Assembly (NCBI GenBank): GCA_030765485.1
Contig: JAVCCR010000031.1
Span: 17,359-81,358, forward strand
Reading direction: 5' to 3'
Length of the DNA: 64,000 bases
Source: Candidatus Gygaella obscura
Lineage (GTDB): Bacteria > Omnitrophota > Gorgyraeia > Gygaellales > Gygaellaceae
Shown here: positions 39,004 to 49,137 of the stretch, piece by piece
Numbering within the stretch: position 1 is the first letter of the stretch
Layout of the letters: each line of letters opens with the position of its first letter
Made by a program: the position numbers and the translations under genes
Notes under the pieces: model-generated
Database searches by the model: none
The model's input: only the letters and a program-made list of their open reading frames with translations
What the model was told of the DNA's origin: nothing

Positions 39004-40239
39004 ATGTATATATTATACGATTTGTTTTTTTTGGGAGTTTTTATCTTTGGTTTAGTCTACTACTTTTTAAAGGCTAAGTTCCATAGGGATATTTTACTGC
39101 GCATAAAACTTTTTAAGATGGAGTTTTTATCCGGATCTATCTGGATACACGCTGTAAGTGTAGGCGAAGCAAAAATTGCAAAAGTTCTATATTTTATGAT
39201 TAAAGATAAATTTCCCGAAAAGACAGTGGTGATATCAACTGTAACTCGAACAGGAAACAAAATCGTCAAGTCATTTATTTCAGGTTCGGACAAGTTGATT
39301 TATTTTCCATTGGATTTTAGTTTTATCGTGAAGAGTTTCATCAAAACAATAAATCCGAATGTTTTTATTTCAATCGAAACGGAAATCTGGCCAAACCTTT
39401 TTTATTTTTTAAATAAAAACAATACGCCTATTATCATCTTAAACGGCAGGATTTCCCCGGCATCATTTATGAGGTATAAAGTTGTAAGAGGATTATTTAA
39501 GAATGTATTAAAGAAAGTATCTTTGTTCTGTATGCAGACACAGACAGATGCGGATCGAATAGTTTCTTTAGGCGCAGACAGTGAAAAGGTAATAAAAACT
39601 GGCAGTATCAAGTTTGATATTGCAATAAAAGAAGATATTTATTTTAAAAATAGTCTTGGAATAAATGAAGATGAGCTTGTTTTTCTTGCAGGAAGTACGC
39701 ATCCTGGGGAAGAATTAATTATTTTTAACGTGTTTAAGAACATAAAAAGACAATTTCCTAATTTGAAATTAGTTTTAGCTCCTCGACATACAGAGAGGGT
39801 GGAAACAATTGAGGCTTTGCTAAGGAATATGGATTTAAGTTTTATCCGGTTTTCTGCTGTTTCAGGGAAAATGAATGAGGATATAATTATTGTAGATATT
39901 ATGGGTAAGCTAGCGCAGATTTATGCAGCAGCAGATGTGGTTTTTGTGGGAGGCAGTCTTATAAAAAAAGGAGGCCAAAATATATTAGAACCTGCTTTTT
40001 TTGCAAAACCGATAATATTTGGTCCTTTTATGTTTAATTTTAGCCAGATCAGCGAACTTTTTATTAAGGAAAACGCTGCAAAAATGGTTTTTAACCAGGA
40101 AGAGCTGTATGAGACAGTAAAGGAATTGTTAGAAGATAATAAAAAAAGATTTTCTCTTGGATTAAAGGCTAAGGAGATTCTTGATAGGAATAAGGGAGCG
40201 CTGCAGGACACCTTTAGCAAGATAGAAAAGTTTTTATAA
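39004..40239 (+). CDS. waaA: Kdo transferase
   Basis: IWIHAVSVGE, PLD, ETEIWPN, GSTHPGEE, APRH, GGQNILEPA. Confidence 0.95.
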   Translation: MYILYDLFFLGVFIFGLVYYFLKAKFHRDILLRIKLFKMEFLSGSIWIHAVSVGEAKIAKVLYFMIKDKFPEKTVVISTVTRTGNKIVKSFISGSDKLIYFPLDFSFIVKSFIKTINPNVFISIETEIWPNLFYFLNKNNTPIIILNGRISPASFMRYKVVRGLFKNVLKKVSLFCMQTQTDADRIVSLGADSEKVIKTGSIKFDIAIKEDIYFKNSLGINEDELVFLAGSTHPGEELIIFNVFKNIKRQFPNLKLVLAPRHTERVETIEALLRNMDLSFIRFSAVSGKMNEDIIIVDIMGKLAQIYAAADVVFVGGSLIKKGGQNILEPAFFAKPIIFGPFMFNFSQISELFIKENAAKMVFNQEELYETVKELLEDNKKRFSLGLKAKEILDRNKGALQDTFSKIEKFL

Positions 40240-41303
40240 TGAAAAAATATTTTTATTTATTGGCAAACGATAAAATAAATGGTTTTATACCCGGAATTGT
40301 GAAGTTTACAATGCTTATTTTGTCTTTTGTCTATCAGGGCGCGCTTTATATTTTAAAGATTCTTTATTGTTGTAAGATTCTTAAACAGGAAAGATTAGGC
40401 GTTAAAGTTATAAGTGTCGGCAATTTAACTTTAGGCGGAACAGGCAAGACTCCCTTGGAAGAACTTATTGCTGACTATTTGTTGTTAAGGGGCAAAGATG
40501 TAGTTGTTTTAACTAGGGGTTATAAAGCCTTAGATACGGTTTCAGGCTTAAGTGGCGATGAAGCAATGATTTTAAAGAATAACCTTGGGGTTGTTGTTAT
40601 TGAAGGTAAAAACAGAGTTATCAATGCAAAAAGAGCATTAAATAAATATCATTGTGATACGATTTTACTCGATGATGCTTTTCAACACTGGAGATTATTT
40701 CGTGATTTGGATATTATTACTATTGATGCGACAAATCCTTTTGGCAATAGTTTTCTTATCCCTAGAGGCATTTTACGTGAATCAAAAAAGGCAATTAAGC
40801 GCGCAGATTTGGTAGTATTTACAAAGACCGATAGGTGCGGGAATATTGATGCTTTGGTAAAAGAGATATCAGTAATAAATAAAAAAGTTGCTTTTGTCTA
40901 TAGTAGGCATCAGGCATTAGATTTTGTCAATCTTATTAACGGCAGCAGGTTGCATTATTTAGACTTTTCTAAGGTCGAAGACATTTGTTTTGTTTGCGGT
41001 ATTGCAGATCCGAGTTACTTTAAGCATACACTTACAGATATTGGTTTGAATGTAGGTTTAAGTTTTGTTTTTCCCGATCATTATCGCTATACAAAGGATG
41101 AATTTGTCAAAATAGTTAATGAATGTAAACGTAAGGGGATAAAGAATATTATTCTTACTCAGAAGGATGCAGTAAAACTGGGATTTCTTAAGGATTTAAA
41201 AGAAAGCATTGGTTTGGATTTCTGGTTTTTACGGATTAAGATGAAGTTAACAAAAAACGAAGATGAACTTTTTAATAAACTGGATAACTTATATATCGGC
41301 TAG
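40239..41303 (+). CDS. lpxK: Tetraacyldisaccharide 4'-kinase
   Basis: SVGNLTLGGTGKTP, TRGY, GDE, LDDAFQH, PRGILRE, FPDHY, TQKDAVK. Confidence 0.95.
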   Translation: MKKYFYLLANDKINGFIPGIVKFTMLILSFVYQGALYILKILYCCKILKQERLGVKVISVGNLTLGGTGKTPLEELIADYLLLRGKDVVVLTRGYKALDTVSGLSGDEAMILKNNLGVVVIEGKNRVINAKRALNKYHCDTILLDDAFQHWRLFRDLDIITIDATNPFGNSFLIPRGILRESKKAIKRADLVVFTKTDRCGNIDALVKEISVINKKVAFVYSRHQALDFVNLINGSRLHYLDFSKVEDICFVCGIADPSYFKHTLTDIGLNVGLSFVFPDHYRYTKDEFVKIVNECKRKGIKNIILTQKDAVKLGFLKDLKESIGLDFWFLRIKMKLTKNEDELFNKLDNLYIG

Positions 41304-43197
41304 AATTCTTGTAGGGGTATTTTCTATTTTAAAGCCAGAATCAGCGCTTTTAATTGCAAGAATAATTGCCAGATTAATCTATATGTTTAGTTTTAAGTAT
41401 AAAAGAATTGCCTATGTCAACTTGAGGCGTGTATTTGCTGAAAAAAAGTCACGAAAAGATCTTGAATCAATATTAAAGAAGTCTTTTATAAACCTAATTC
41501 AGGATATTGTAGAGACCTTCAGGCTTTCTAAGATTGATTCTGATTATATTAATAAGTACATCAAATTAGAGGGAGTTGAATATATCGATCAGGTCTTAAA
41601 AGCACAAAAAGGGGTAATTTTGGTAGGAAGTCATTTCGGCAGTTGGGAAATGGCCAATGTTATTTTTTCATTATTGGGTTATGACTATAATGTTTTTGCA
41701 AAGGAGCAGGCAAGATATAACAAGACGTTTCTCTATCTTAATAAGTTAAGAAAGGATAAAGGTATTAAGGTTTACATGGAAGGAAATGCCCTTTTAAAGA
41801 TTGCCCATGCCCTCAAACAGAATAAGGTTGTAGTTATGGTTGCTGACCATGGAGGTAAAAACGGAGTGGTTGTACCGTTTTTTGATATTCCTGTACCTAC
41901 TCCTTCGGGCGCAGTGAGGCTTGCCTTGAGGTTTGATACTTCTATTATGCTATGTAGTATCAGACGGATAAAAGGGCCTTACCATATTTTAAGGATAAAC
42001 CCTTTAAGTTTAACAAAAGCCACTTCTTTAGAAGATAGCTTAAAGATAAATTTAAATAAAATAAACGCAGAAATTGAAGATTTGATAAATAGATATCCTG
42101 AGCAAAACCTATGGCGCTACAGAAGGTGGAAATATTCTGCCCTTAAGAGGGTGTTGGTGTTAAGTGATGATAAAGCAGGTCATATGAATCAGTCTAGGGC
42201 TATAGTGGATTTGTTAGGGAAAGGGAATAATATTATTGAGCAAAAAGTTATTAGAGTAAAGTTTAAACATAGATTTTATAAGGTTATTTTGAGATTTTTT
42301 TCTTTGTTTATATCAATGCGCATGGTTGGTTCTTTAAGGTATTTGAAGTTTGCCCTTGAAAAGGATTCATTCGAGCGTCTTATCAGAACACATGCAGATA
42401 TAATTATTTCTGCTGGTTCTAGTTTAGCAGCAGTTAATCTTTATTTAAAACGGGAAAACCAAGCCAGGTCTATCTGTATTATGAATCCGGGTTTCTTAAG
42501 AAAGTCTTTATTTGATTTAATAATAGCGCCAAGGCATGATCCCTTATCTTTAAAAGAAAATATTGTTTTTACTGATGCAGCTGTTAATCGTATTGATGAA
42601 GACTTTCTTCAGAAGGGACGTATTGAATTGGAAGGTTTCTTAAAAAAGAGAGACATTGCATTAAAGCCAGATGTTTTAGGTGTGTTTTTTGGAGGAGACA
42701 CCAAGGCCTTTAAGTATAAACAGCAAAGCTTAATTGCTTTAATTGAGAAAATAAAAAGTTTTATTAAAGGTAATGAATTTGATTTGTTTTTTACTACTTC
42801 TAGAAGAACATCTGTTATTCAAGAGAGGCTTTTTGAAGGGCAACTTAAAACAAGTGCAAAGTTTCTTGTTGTCGCCAATAAAAACAATCCTGAATATGCT
42901 TTTGCAGGTATTCTAGCTATAAGCACTATCATTTTAGTAAGCGCAGAAAGTATTTCCATGGTCTCAGAAGCTGTAGCAGGTTCGAAGAAAGTAGTGGTTT
43001 TTCTTCCCAGTGTTTTGTCTTTAAGGCGACGGCATAAGATTTTCCTTGATAATCTGAAAGAAAAAGGTTTGATAGCTATAGCTGATGAAAATAATCTTTA
43101 TGAGGTTTTAGTTGTTGTTTCAGCAGGTAAAATTTCATCTACAGGTTTTAGTGATCGGGATAATATAATAAATGCATTAAGGGAAAAGATTTTATGA
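41263..43197 (+). CDS. Fusion: LpxL/HtrB-type lipid A acyltransferase + ELM1/GtrOC1-family putative glycosyltransferase
   Basis: N-half: HFGSWE, VADH, VPFF, PEQNLWRYRRWK. C-half from about residue 295: LSDDKAGHMNQS, PRHD, TSRRT, ESISMVSEA. Confidence 0.8.
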   Translation: MNFLINWITYISARILVGVFSILKPESALLIARIIARLIYMFSFKYKRIAYVNLRRVFAEKKSRKDLESILKKSFINLIQDIVETFRLSKIDSDYINKYIKLEGVEYIDQVLKAQKGVILVGSHFGSWEMANVIFSLLGYDYNVFAKEQARYNKTFLYLNKLRKDKGIKVYMEGNALLKIAHALKQNKVVVMVADHGGKNGVVVPFFDIPVPTPSGAVRLALRFDTSIMLCSIRRIKGPYHILRINPLSLTKATSLEDSLKINLNKINAEIEDLINRYPEQNLWRYRRWKYSALKRVLVLSDDKAGHMNQSRAIVDLLGKGNNIIEQKVIRVKFKHRFYKVILRFFSLFISMRMVGSLRYLKFALEKDSFERLIRTHADIIISAGSSLAAVNLYLKRENQARSICIMNPGFLRKSLFDLIIAPRHDPLSLKENIVFTDAAVNRIDEDFLQKGRIELEGFLKKRDIALKPDVLGVFFGGDTKAFKYKQQSLIALIEKIKSFIKGNEFDLFFTTSRRTSVIQERLFEGQLKTSAKFLVVANKNNPEYAFAGILAISTIILVSAESISMVSEAVAGSKKVVVFLPSVLSLRRRHKIFLDNLKEKGLIAIADENNLYEVLVVVSAGKISSTGFSDRDNIINALREKIL

Positions 43198-45284
43198 ATA
43201 TATTACAGATCTTACCACAACTTAATGTCGGAGGGGTAGAGACAGGAGTTGTTGATTTGTCCCGCCGTTTGGTCGAGGATGGACATAAGGTTGTTGTTGT
43301 TTCTTCTGGCGGAATGTTGGTTTCCGATCTTGAAAAGAGCGGCGTTAAGCATTATACATTGGCGGTTCACAGGAAGAACCCTTTTGTTTTGATAAAGACT
43401 ATCCCGCAATTGGCTAAGATTATTAAAGATGAGCATATTGAAGTTATCCACGGTCGTTCGCGCGTTCCGGCATGGGTAGGTTTTATTGTCTCTTTTAAAA
43501 CAGGGGTTAATTTTGTTACTACTTGTCATGGTTATTATTCCAGGCATTTCTTTAGTAGGGTTATGGCATTAGGCAAATATGTAATTTGTCCCAGCAATAT
43601 CATAGCGCGTCATATGGTTGATGATTTTTCTGTCAAGAGGGACAATATAGTTATAATTCCAAGAGGCGTTGACATATCAAAATATAGCTTTATCAGGCCG
43701 GATGAAAGAAATAAGCAGGATTTTACTATAGGGATTATTGGAAGACTCACTCCATTAAAGGGGCATGTCCATTTTTTGAATGCTGCAGCAAAGCTGCATA
43801 GAATTATTCCTAATCTGCGTATCTGGATAGTGGGAGATGCTGCTAAGAATAAACAGGATTACAAAGAGGAGTTAAAGACACTTTGCAGGAAGTTAGGCAT
43901 AGCCGAGCGCGTAGATTTTTTAGGCTATCAGAAAGATATTGCTTCTATACTTTCAAAGATGAACATTTTAGTGCTTTCAACTGTAACCGAAGAGGCTTTT
44001 GGCAGGGTGATAATTGAATCACAGGCAGCGGGCGTTCCGGTTGTAGCGACAAGAGTGGGCGGAGTTATTGATATTATAAAAGATAACGAAACAGGCATTT
44101 TGGTTAATCCTGCGGATTCAGAGGCAATTAAAAATGCGGTAATAAGGTTTTATAATGATGATAGCTTCACTAATAGTTTGGCGTTGAAGGCTAGGGCTTA
44201 TGTTGAGGAGAGGTTTACTCTAGAGAACATGTATCAGAAAACACTTTCTGTTTACAAAAAGACGATAGTCAAGAAAAGGATTATTGTTATTAAATTAACT
44301 GCTTTAGGCGATGTTATCTTGGCTGTACCCAGCCTTCGGGCGATAAAGAAAAAATTCAAAAATCATACTATTACTTGTTTGGTAAACAAGAATTTTAGTT
44401 CTCTTTTATGGGATTGTCCTTATGTGGATGATTTGATAGTCGATGATAAGGATATTCAACATAAAGGATTCTTTGGTTTATTGCGATTGGCCAAAAAGAT
44501 TATTTATTATAGATTTGATATTTCGATTGATCTGCAGAATAATAAACGCAGCCACTTATTGTCTTTTTTGGGAATAATTGCTGAAAGGTATGGTTTTTTT
44601 ATTAAAAGAAAGCTGAGTTTTCTTATTAACCGTACAGTATCTCTGCCGCAACAGGTTGAACATCCTGTAAGACATCAATTAAATGTATTACGGTTGTTGG
44701 ATATAAAGGATATGGATGATTCTTTGGAATTGTGGGTTAATAAGGACGCAAAGAAGTTAATGAACAGTTTTCTGGAAAAGCATTGGTTAACTGAAGACCA
44801 AAAACTGATAGGGATAAATATTGGAGCAAGCAGTCGTTGGAAGTCTAAATGCTGGCCGAGCGCTAATATTGTGAAGCTTTGTGATATGCTTAAAACTAAG
44901 AATATGCGTGTTGTTTTTACAGGCACAAAAGCTGATCTTGCAATTGCCCAGGAAGTGACTGCTAGATTAAAGGATTTTAAACCGATAATCGCCTGCGGTC
45001 AAACTAATCTTGCGCAGCTTATCGCTTTGGTTGATAGATGCAGTGTTCTTATCAGCGGAGATTCAGCTCCGATTCATATTGCTTCTAGCCTTAATGTTCC
45101 TTTTGTTGCTCTTTTTGGACCGACCGATCCTTCAAAACATCTTCATCCTAAAGGAAAATACAGGCTGTTAAGAAAGGAAGTGCCTTGTTCTCCTTGCTAC
45201 AGATCAAAATGTAAAAAGAATATATGCATGAAGCTTATTACATCAAAAGAGGTTTTTGAAAAAGTAGAGGAGCTGTTGGTTTAA
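43194..45284 (+). CDS. Fusion: GT4 glycosyltransferase + GT9 heptosyltransferase-like domain
   Basis: N-half: GGVE, GRLTPLKG, EAFGRVIIES. C-half from about residue 360: IKLTALGDVIL, KCWP, GDSAPIHIA, LFGPT, CSPC...C...CM. Confidence 0.85.
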   Translation: MNILQILPQLNVGGVETGVVDLSRRLVEDGHKVVVVSSGGMLVSDLEKSGVKHYTLAVHRKNPFVLIKTIPQLAKIIKDEHIEVIHGRSRVPAWVGFIVSFKTGVNFVTTCHGYYSRHFFSRVMALGKYVICPSNIIARHMVDDFSVKRDNIVIIPRGVDISKYSFIRPDERNKQDFTIGIIGRLTPLKGHVHFLNAAAKLHRIIPNLRIWIVGDAAKNKQDYKEELKTLCRKLGIAERVDFLGYQKDIASILSKMNILVLSTVTEEAFGRVIIESQAAGVPVVATRVGGVIDIIKDNETGILVNPADSEAIKNAVIRFYNDDSFTNSLALKARAYVEERFTLENMYQKTLSVYKKTIVKKRIIVIKLTALGDVILAVPSLRAIKKKFKNHTITCLVNKNFSSLLWDCPYVDDLIVDDKDIQHKGFFGLLRLAKKIIYYRFDISIDLQNNKRSHLLSFLGIIAERYGFFIKRKLSFLINRTVSLPQQVEHPVRHQLNVLRLLDIKDMDDSLELWVNKDAKKLMNSFLEKHWLTEDQKLIGINIGASSRWKSKCWPSANIVKLCDMLKTKNMRVVFTGTKADLAIAQEVTARLKDFKPIIACGQTNLAQLIALVDRCSVLISGDSAPIHIASSLNVPFVALFGPTDPSKHLHPKGKYRLLRKEVPCSPCYRSKCKKNICMKLITSKEVFEKVEELLV

Positions 45285-46381
45285 TGAATGTACTGTTAGT
45301 GACTAAACATTTAAATATTGGGGGGATTTCACGCTATGTAGTTAATTTAGCCAAAGGATTAAAACAGAATAATATAAATGTTTTTGTCGCTTCAGGAACA
45401 GGTGTTTTAAAGAGTGAATTGGATAAGCATAAAATCAACCATTATAAGATCGATTTTAATACTAAAAATGAATTTAATCCGTTTCTTTTTAGGCAGTATT
45501 TACAGCTTAGAAAGATAGTTAAAGATAATGATATTGATATAGTCCATGCACAGGAAAGAGTGACTCAGGTTTTATGTGGACTTATTGCTAAATATAATGA
45601 TATAAAGGTTATTTCTACATGTCATGGGATATATCGGGTAAGGTTTTTGCGTAAAATCTTTCCTTTTTTTGGAGATAGGGTAATAGCGGTCAGCGATTAT
45701 TGCCGCAGGCTTATTCTGGATAATTTCAAAATAAAAGAAAAAAAAGTAAAGCTTATCAATAATGGTATAGATTTATCTAGGTTTAATCAGTTGGATTCTC
45801 TTGAAAAAGAGGCATTGAGAAATAAATATGGTTTAGAAAAGACTGATCTTGTAATCGGTAATATAGCGCGTTTTTCTCCTGATAAGGGTCTTGATTTATT
45901 ATTGGAAGTTTTTAAACGAGTACATGATTTTTTACCGCAGGCTAAATTAGTTATTGTTGGAGGAGGGCCGCAGGAAGAGTCTCTGCGTTTTAAGGCAAAG
46001 GCTTTAGGTATAACTAATGATGTTAGGTTTTTAGGGTTTGTGAATGAAACAAAAGAACCACTTTCCGTGATGGATGTTTTTTGTACTACGACCAAATACG
46101 AATCGTTTGGATTGTCGGTTTTAGAGGCTATGGCTGTAGGGGTTACGGTTGTTGTTTCTTGTGTGGGAGGGTTAAAAGAATTGGTTCAAGATTCAGTTAA
46201 TGGTTATTGTGTAGAATATGATAAATTGGATTGTTTTACTGATAGATTAATAGAGCTTTTAAGCAATAATTCTTTGCGGTTAGGGATGGCTGCGCAAGCA
46301 CAAAAGTTTTGTTTTGAGAATTTTAATATAGATAATTGTGTAAAAAAGACAATAGAGGTTTATAAGCAGGTTTTAATATAA
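45284..46381 (+). CDS. GT4 family glycosyltransferase
   Basis: GGISRY, NGID, ARFSPDKG, ESFGLSVLEAMA. Confidence 0.9.
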   Translation: MNVLLVTKHLNIGGISRYVVNLAKGLKQNNINVFVASGTGVLKSELDKHKINHYKIDFNTKNEFNPFLFRQYLQLRKIVKDNDIDIVHAQERVTQVLCGLIAKYNDIKVISTCHGIYRVRFLRKIFPFFGDRVIAVSDYCRRLILDNFKIKEKKVKLINNGIDLSRFNQLDSLEKEALRNKYGLEKTDLVIGNIARFSPDKGLDLLLEVFKRVHDFLPQAKLVIVGGGPQEESLRFKAKALGITNDVRFLGFVNETKEPLSVMDVFCTTTKYESFGLSVLEAMAVGVTVVVSCVGGLKELVQDSVNGYCVEYDKLDCFTDRLIELLSNNSLRLGMAAQAQKFCFENFNIDNCVKKTIEVYKQVLI

Positions 46382-46395
46382 TTAATGAGAAAGAG

Positions 46396-47214
46396 ATGAA
46401 GATAAAGAAAATAAAGATACTTCTGGTTATTTTAGCTGTTTCTATTTTTGTATCGGTATTTTTTATTTTAAGGCGCGAATATGTTGTACCTATATTTATG
46501 TATCATTCTGTGAGAAAGGATAATCCGTCAAGCACTAAGTTGATTGTAAGCCCTAAGGCATTTGAGGAGCAAATGAGGTTTCTTGCTAAAAATTCTTATA
46601 ATGTAATAAGTCTTTCATGCCTTGCGCGCATCATACAGGAGAATAAAAAAATCCCTCCTAAGACCGTAGTTGTTACTTTTGATGACGGCTACAGGGATAA
46701 TTTTTTAAATGCTAAGCCGATTTTAGAAAAGTATCTTATTCCGGCAACCATATTTATTGCTGTAGATTTTATTGGGCAGCAAATTAAGCAAAGTAGTTAT
46801 TTTGTAGATAGTTCTGAATTTATGTCAATAGAGGAACTTAAAAGTTTAGTTGATTCTGAGTTTATCGATCTAGGCATTCATACGTTTAGCCATGTAGATC
46901 TGGTAAAGCTTGATGAACAAAACGATTTAATCCATGAGATAAAAGAGCCTAAGGAATTTCTTGAAGAACAGCTTGACTGTGAAATGGATTTATTCAGTTA
47001 TCCTTTCGGCTCCTTTGATAAAAGAAGCCGTAGTATTGTTTTGCAATCCGGTTATGTGGCAGCTGTGGCAACAAACCCCGGAAGAGATTACCCAAAAAAT
47101 GACGTATTTGTATTAAAAAGAATCCGCATCAGCGAAAAAGACAGTAATCCTTTTATCCTCTGGGTAAAGGCAAGCGGTTTTTACACATTATTAAAAGAAT
47201 TAAGAGATGACTAA
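46396..47214 (+). CDS. Polysaccharide deacetylase (CE4)
   Basis: N-terminal anchor, FMYHSV, TFDDGY, HTFSH, FSYPFG. Confidence 0.9.
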   Translation: MKIKKIKILLVILAVSIFVSVFFILRREYVVPIFMYHSVRKDNPSSTKLIVSPKAFEEQMRFLAKNSYNVISLSCLARIIQENKKIPPKTVVVTFDDGYRDNFLNAKPILEKYLIPATIFIAVDFIGQQIKQSSYFVDSSEFMSIEELKSLVDSEFIDLGIHTFSHVDLVKLDEQNDLIHEIKEPKEFLEEQLDCEMDLFSYPFGSFDKRSRSIVLQSGYVAAVATNPGRDYPKNDVFVLKRIRISEKDSNPFILWVKASGFYTLLKELRDD

Positions 47215-48241
47215 AGTTTATAAAAGAATTCTGGTTTTTAACGTCAATTGGCTTGGGGATGTGCTTTTTACCACTCCGGCAATACGTGTTTTAAGAAAAA
47301 GTTTTCCTGATAGTTATATTGCCTGTGCTGCGCCTGCCAGGTGCGCGCAGCTTTTAAAGAATAACCCTAGTATAAATGAGTTTATTTCTTTTGATGAAAG
47401 AGGCAGTTTCAAGAGTGTGTTTTCAAAGATAGCGTTTATTTTTTCTTTGAGAAAGAAAAAATTTGATGCGGTATTTTTATTTCACCGTTCCTTTACAAGA
47501 CTTATGATTTGTTTTTTTGCTGGGATAAAAAATAGAATTGGATATAGCCGCAGGAAGAATAATCTGCTGTTGACCGGTAAGATCGATCCTATTGAGCGTG
47601 ATTCTGTTCATCGTATTGATTACTTTTTGAATATCGTCAGGCCTTATGTTGGTAAGATTGATGATAAATCTTATGAACTTAAGGTAAACAAAAGAGACAT
47701 CTTAGATGTAAGGAATATATTGGAAGAAAAAGGAGTGAAAAGTTCTGATCAATTGGTTGTGCTTAATCCTGGTGCAAATTGGCCTCTTAAGCGTTGGCCG
47801 GTTGATAATTTTGCAAAGCTTATTAATCTTTTGTCAAAAGAACCTGGTTTAAAAGTTATTGTTGTTGGGGCAAAAGAAGATCAAGGTTTGGTGGAGAAGA
47901 TCTTAAGTCTATCTAAATCTGAAGCGGTTGTATTAACAGGGCAGCTTAATCTTATTCAGCTTGCTGCATTGTTTAGTTTAAGCAGTATTGTCATAAGCGC
48001 TGATTCAGGGCCGATGCATATTGCCATTGCAGTTGAGGTCAGTGTTATTGCATTGTTTGGGCCCACTGATTATAGGATTACAGGACCTGTTGATGTTGAT
48101 AAAAACACTGTTTTGAAAAAAGATATAGATTGTGATATCCCGTGTTTTAAACTTGATTGCGCGGATAATATCTGTATGAGTCAGATAACTGCGGAAGAAG
48201 TACTTGAAGTCATAAAAACAAAACTATTAATGCGCCCATAG
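47207..48241 (+). CDS. GT9 LPS heptosyltransferase (WaaF-like)
   Basis: NWLGDVLFTTP, NPGA...KRWP, DSGPMHIA, LFGPT, C-terminal Cys cluster. Confidence 0.88.
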   Translation: MTKVYKRILVFNVNWLGDVLFTTPAIRVLRKSFPDSYIACAAPARCAQLLKNNPSINEFISFDERGSFKSVFSKIAFIFSLRKKKFDAVFLFHRSFTRLMICFFAGIKNRIGYSRRKNNLLLTGKIDPIERDSVHRIDYFLNIVRPYVGKIDDKSYELKVNKRDILDVRNILEEKGVKSSDQLVVLNPGANWPLKRWPVDNFAKLINLLSKEPGLKVIVVGAKEDQGLVEKILSLSKSEAVVLTGQLNLIQLAALFSLSSIVISADSGPMHIAIAVEVSVIALFGPTDYRITGPVDVDKNTVLKKDIDCDIPCFKLDCADNICMSQITAEEVLEVIKTKLLMRP

Positions 48242-48305
48242 CTCAATTGGATAGAGCGCCAGTCTTCGGAACTGGATGTTGCAGGTTCGATTCCTGCTGG
48301 GCGCG
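48232..48305 (+). tRNA. tRNA-Arg(UCG)
   Basis: Acceptor GCGCCCA/TGGGCGC, anticodon arm CCAGT-CTTCGGA-ACTGG, T-arm GCAGG-TTCGATT-CCTGC. The first 10 nt overlap the upstream CDS. Confidence 0.93.
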
Positions 48306-48312
48306 AAAAAAA

Positions 48313-48909
48313 ATGAAAACATGCCCGTTTTGTACAAAAGAAATCGCTGAAGGGGATACAACCTGTAAGCACTGCAATAGGTCTCTAACTCAAGAGTTGG
48401 GGGAAAGGTTTTCTTATCAAAAAGAAGAGGTCTTTTCTAATATAGTACCGATTAAGAAATTTATTTTCTTAAGCGTAATCAGTTTAGGGTTGTATGAGAT
48501 TTACTGGATGTATAAGAATTGGCAGTTTATTAAAGAAAAAAGAAAACTAAAAATAATTCCTATGGCTAGAGCAATATTTTCTTTATTTTTTATATACAGT
48601 TTTTTTAAGAATATATTCCTTATTACAGCTGAAAAAGGTTATGAGGAAAAGTATTCCCCTATTTTACTAAGCGCTTGTTTTATAATGCTTAATCTTCTGG
48701 CCAATAAGGATAACCTTATGTGGTTTATGGCTATATTCTCGTTTGTTCCGCTTGTTGTTGCTTTAAATGCAGTTAATTTCTATTGGCAAAAAACCCAACC
48801 TAAAAAAAGGATAAGGACTAATTTTAGCAAGGAAGAGTTATTGATGTTATATTTTGGTTTATTATTAATACTTATGAGTGTTATTTCTATGTTTACTGTG
48901 GTTAAATAG
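48313..48909 (+). CDS. Zinc-ribbon-containing membrane protein
   Basis: MKTCPFC...CKHC followed by several TM segments (SLGLYEIYWMYKNW). The start was moved to ATG 48313 because the longer ORF lies inside the tRNA. Confidence 0.75.
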   Translation: MKTCPFCTKEIAEGDTTCKHCNRSLTQELGERFSYQKEEVFSNIVPIKKFIFLSVISLGLYEIYWMYKNWQFIKEKRKLKIIPMARAIFSLFFIYSFFKNIFLITAEKGYEEKYSPILLSACFIMLNLLANKDNLMWFMAIFSFVPLVVALNAVNFYWQKTQPKKRIRTNFSKEELLMLYFGLLLILMSVISMFTVVK

Positions 48910-48931
48910 TTTTGTAACAAGGAGGAGTACA

Positions 48932-49129
48932 ATGGTGTTAAGAAAAATAGATAAAATAGTTTTGGTGAATTGTCCTTTGTTTTTTGGTTTAGTGCTTTTA
49001 TTGACTGCAATAATGATTTCAAGACATCAAGCTGGAACTATTCATGAGCTTATTATGATTTCTTCAGGATTGATATGTGTTTCTATTTATTGCATAAGCT
49101 CATTGTTAGTCAGATTGATTGAAAAATAG
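48932..49129 (+). CDS. Small hypothetical membrane protein (65 aa)
   Basis: Strong AAGGAGG SD before ATG 48932, two hydrophobic segments. Confidence 0.6.
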   Translation: MVLRKIDKIVLVNCPLFFGLVLLLTAIMISRHQAGTIHELIMISSGLICVSIYCISSLLVRLIEK

Positions 49130-49137
49130 TCTTTTTT

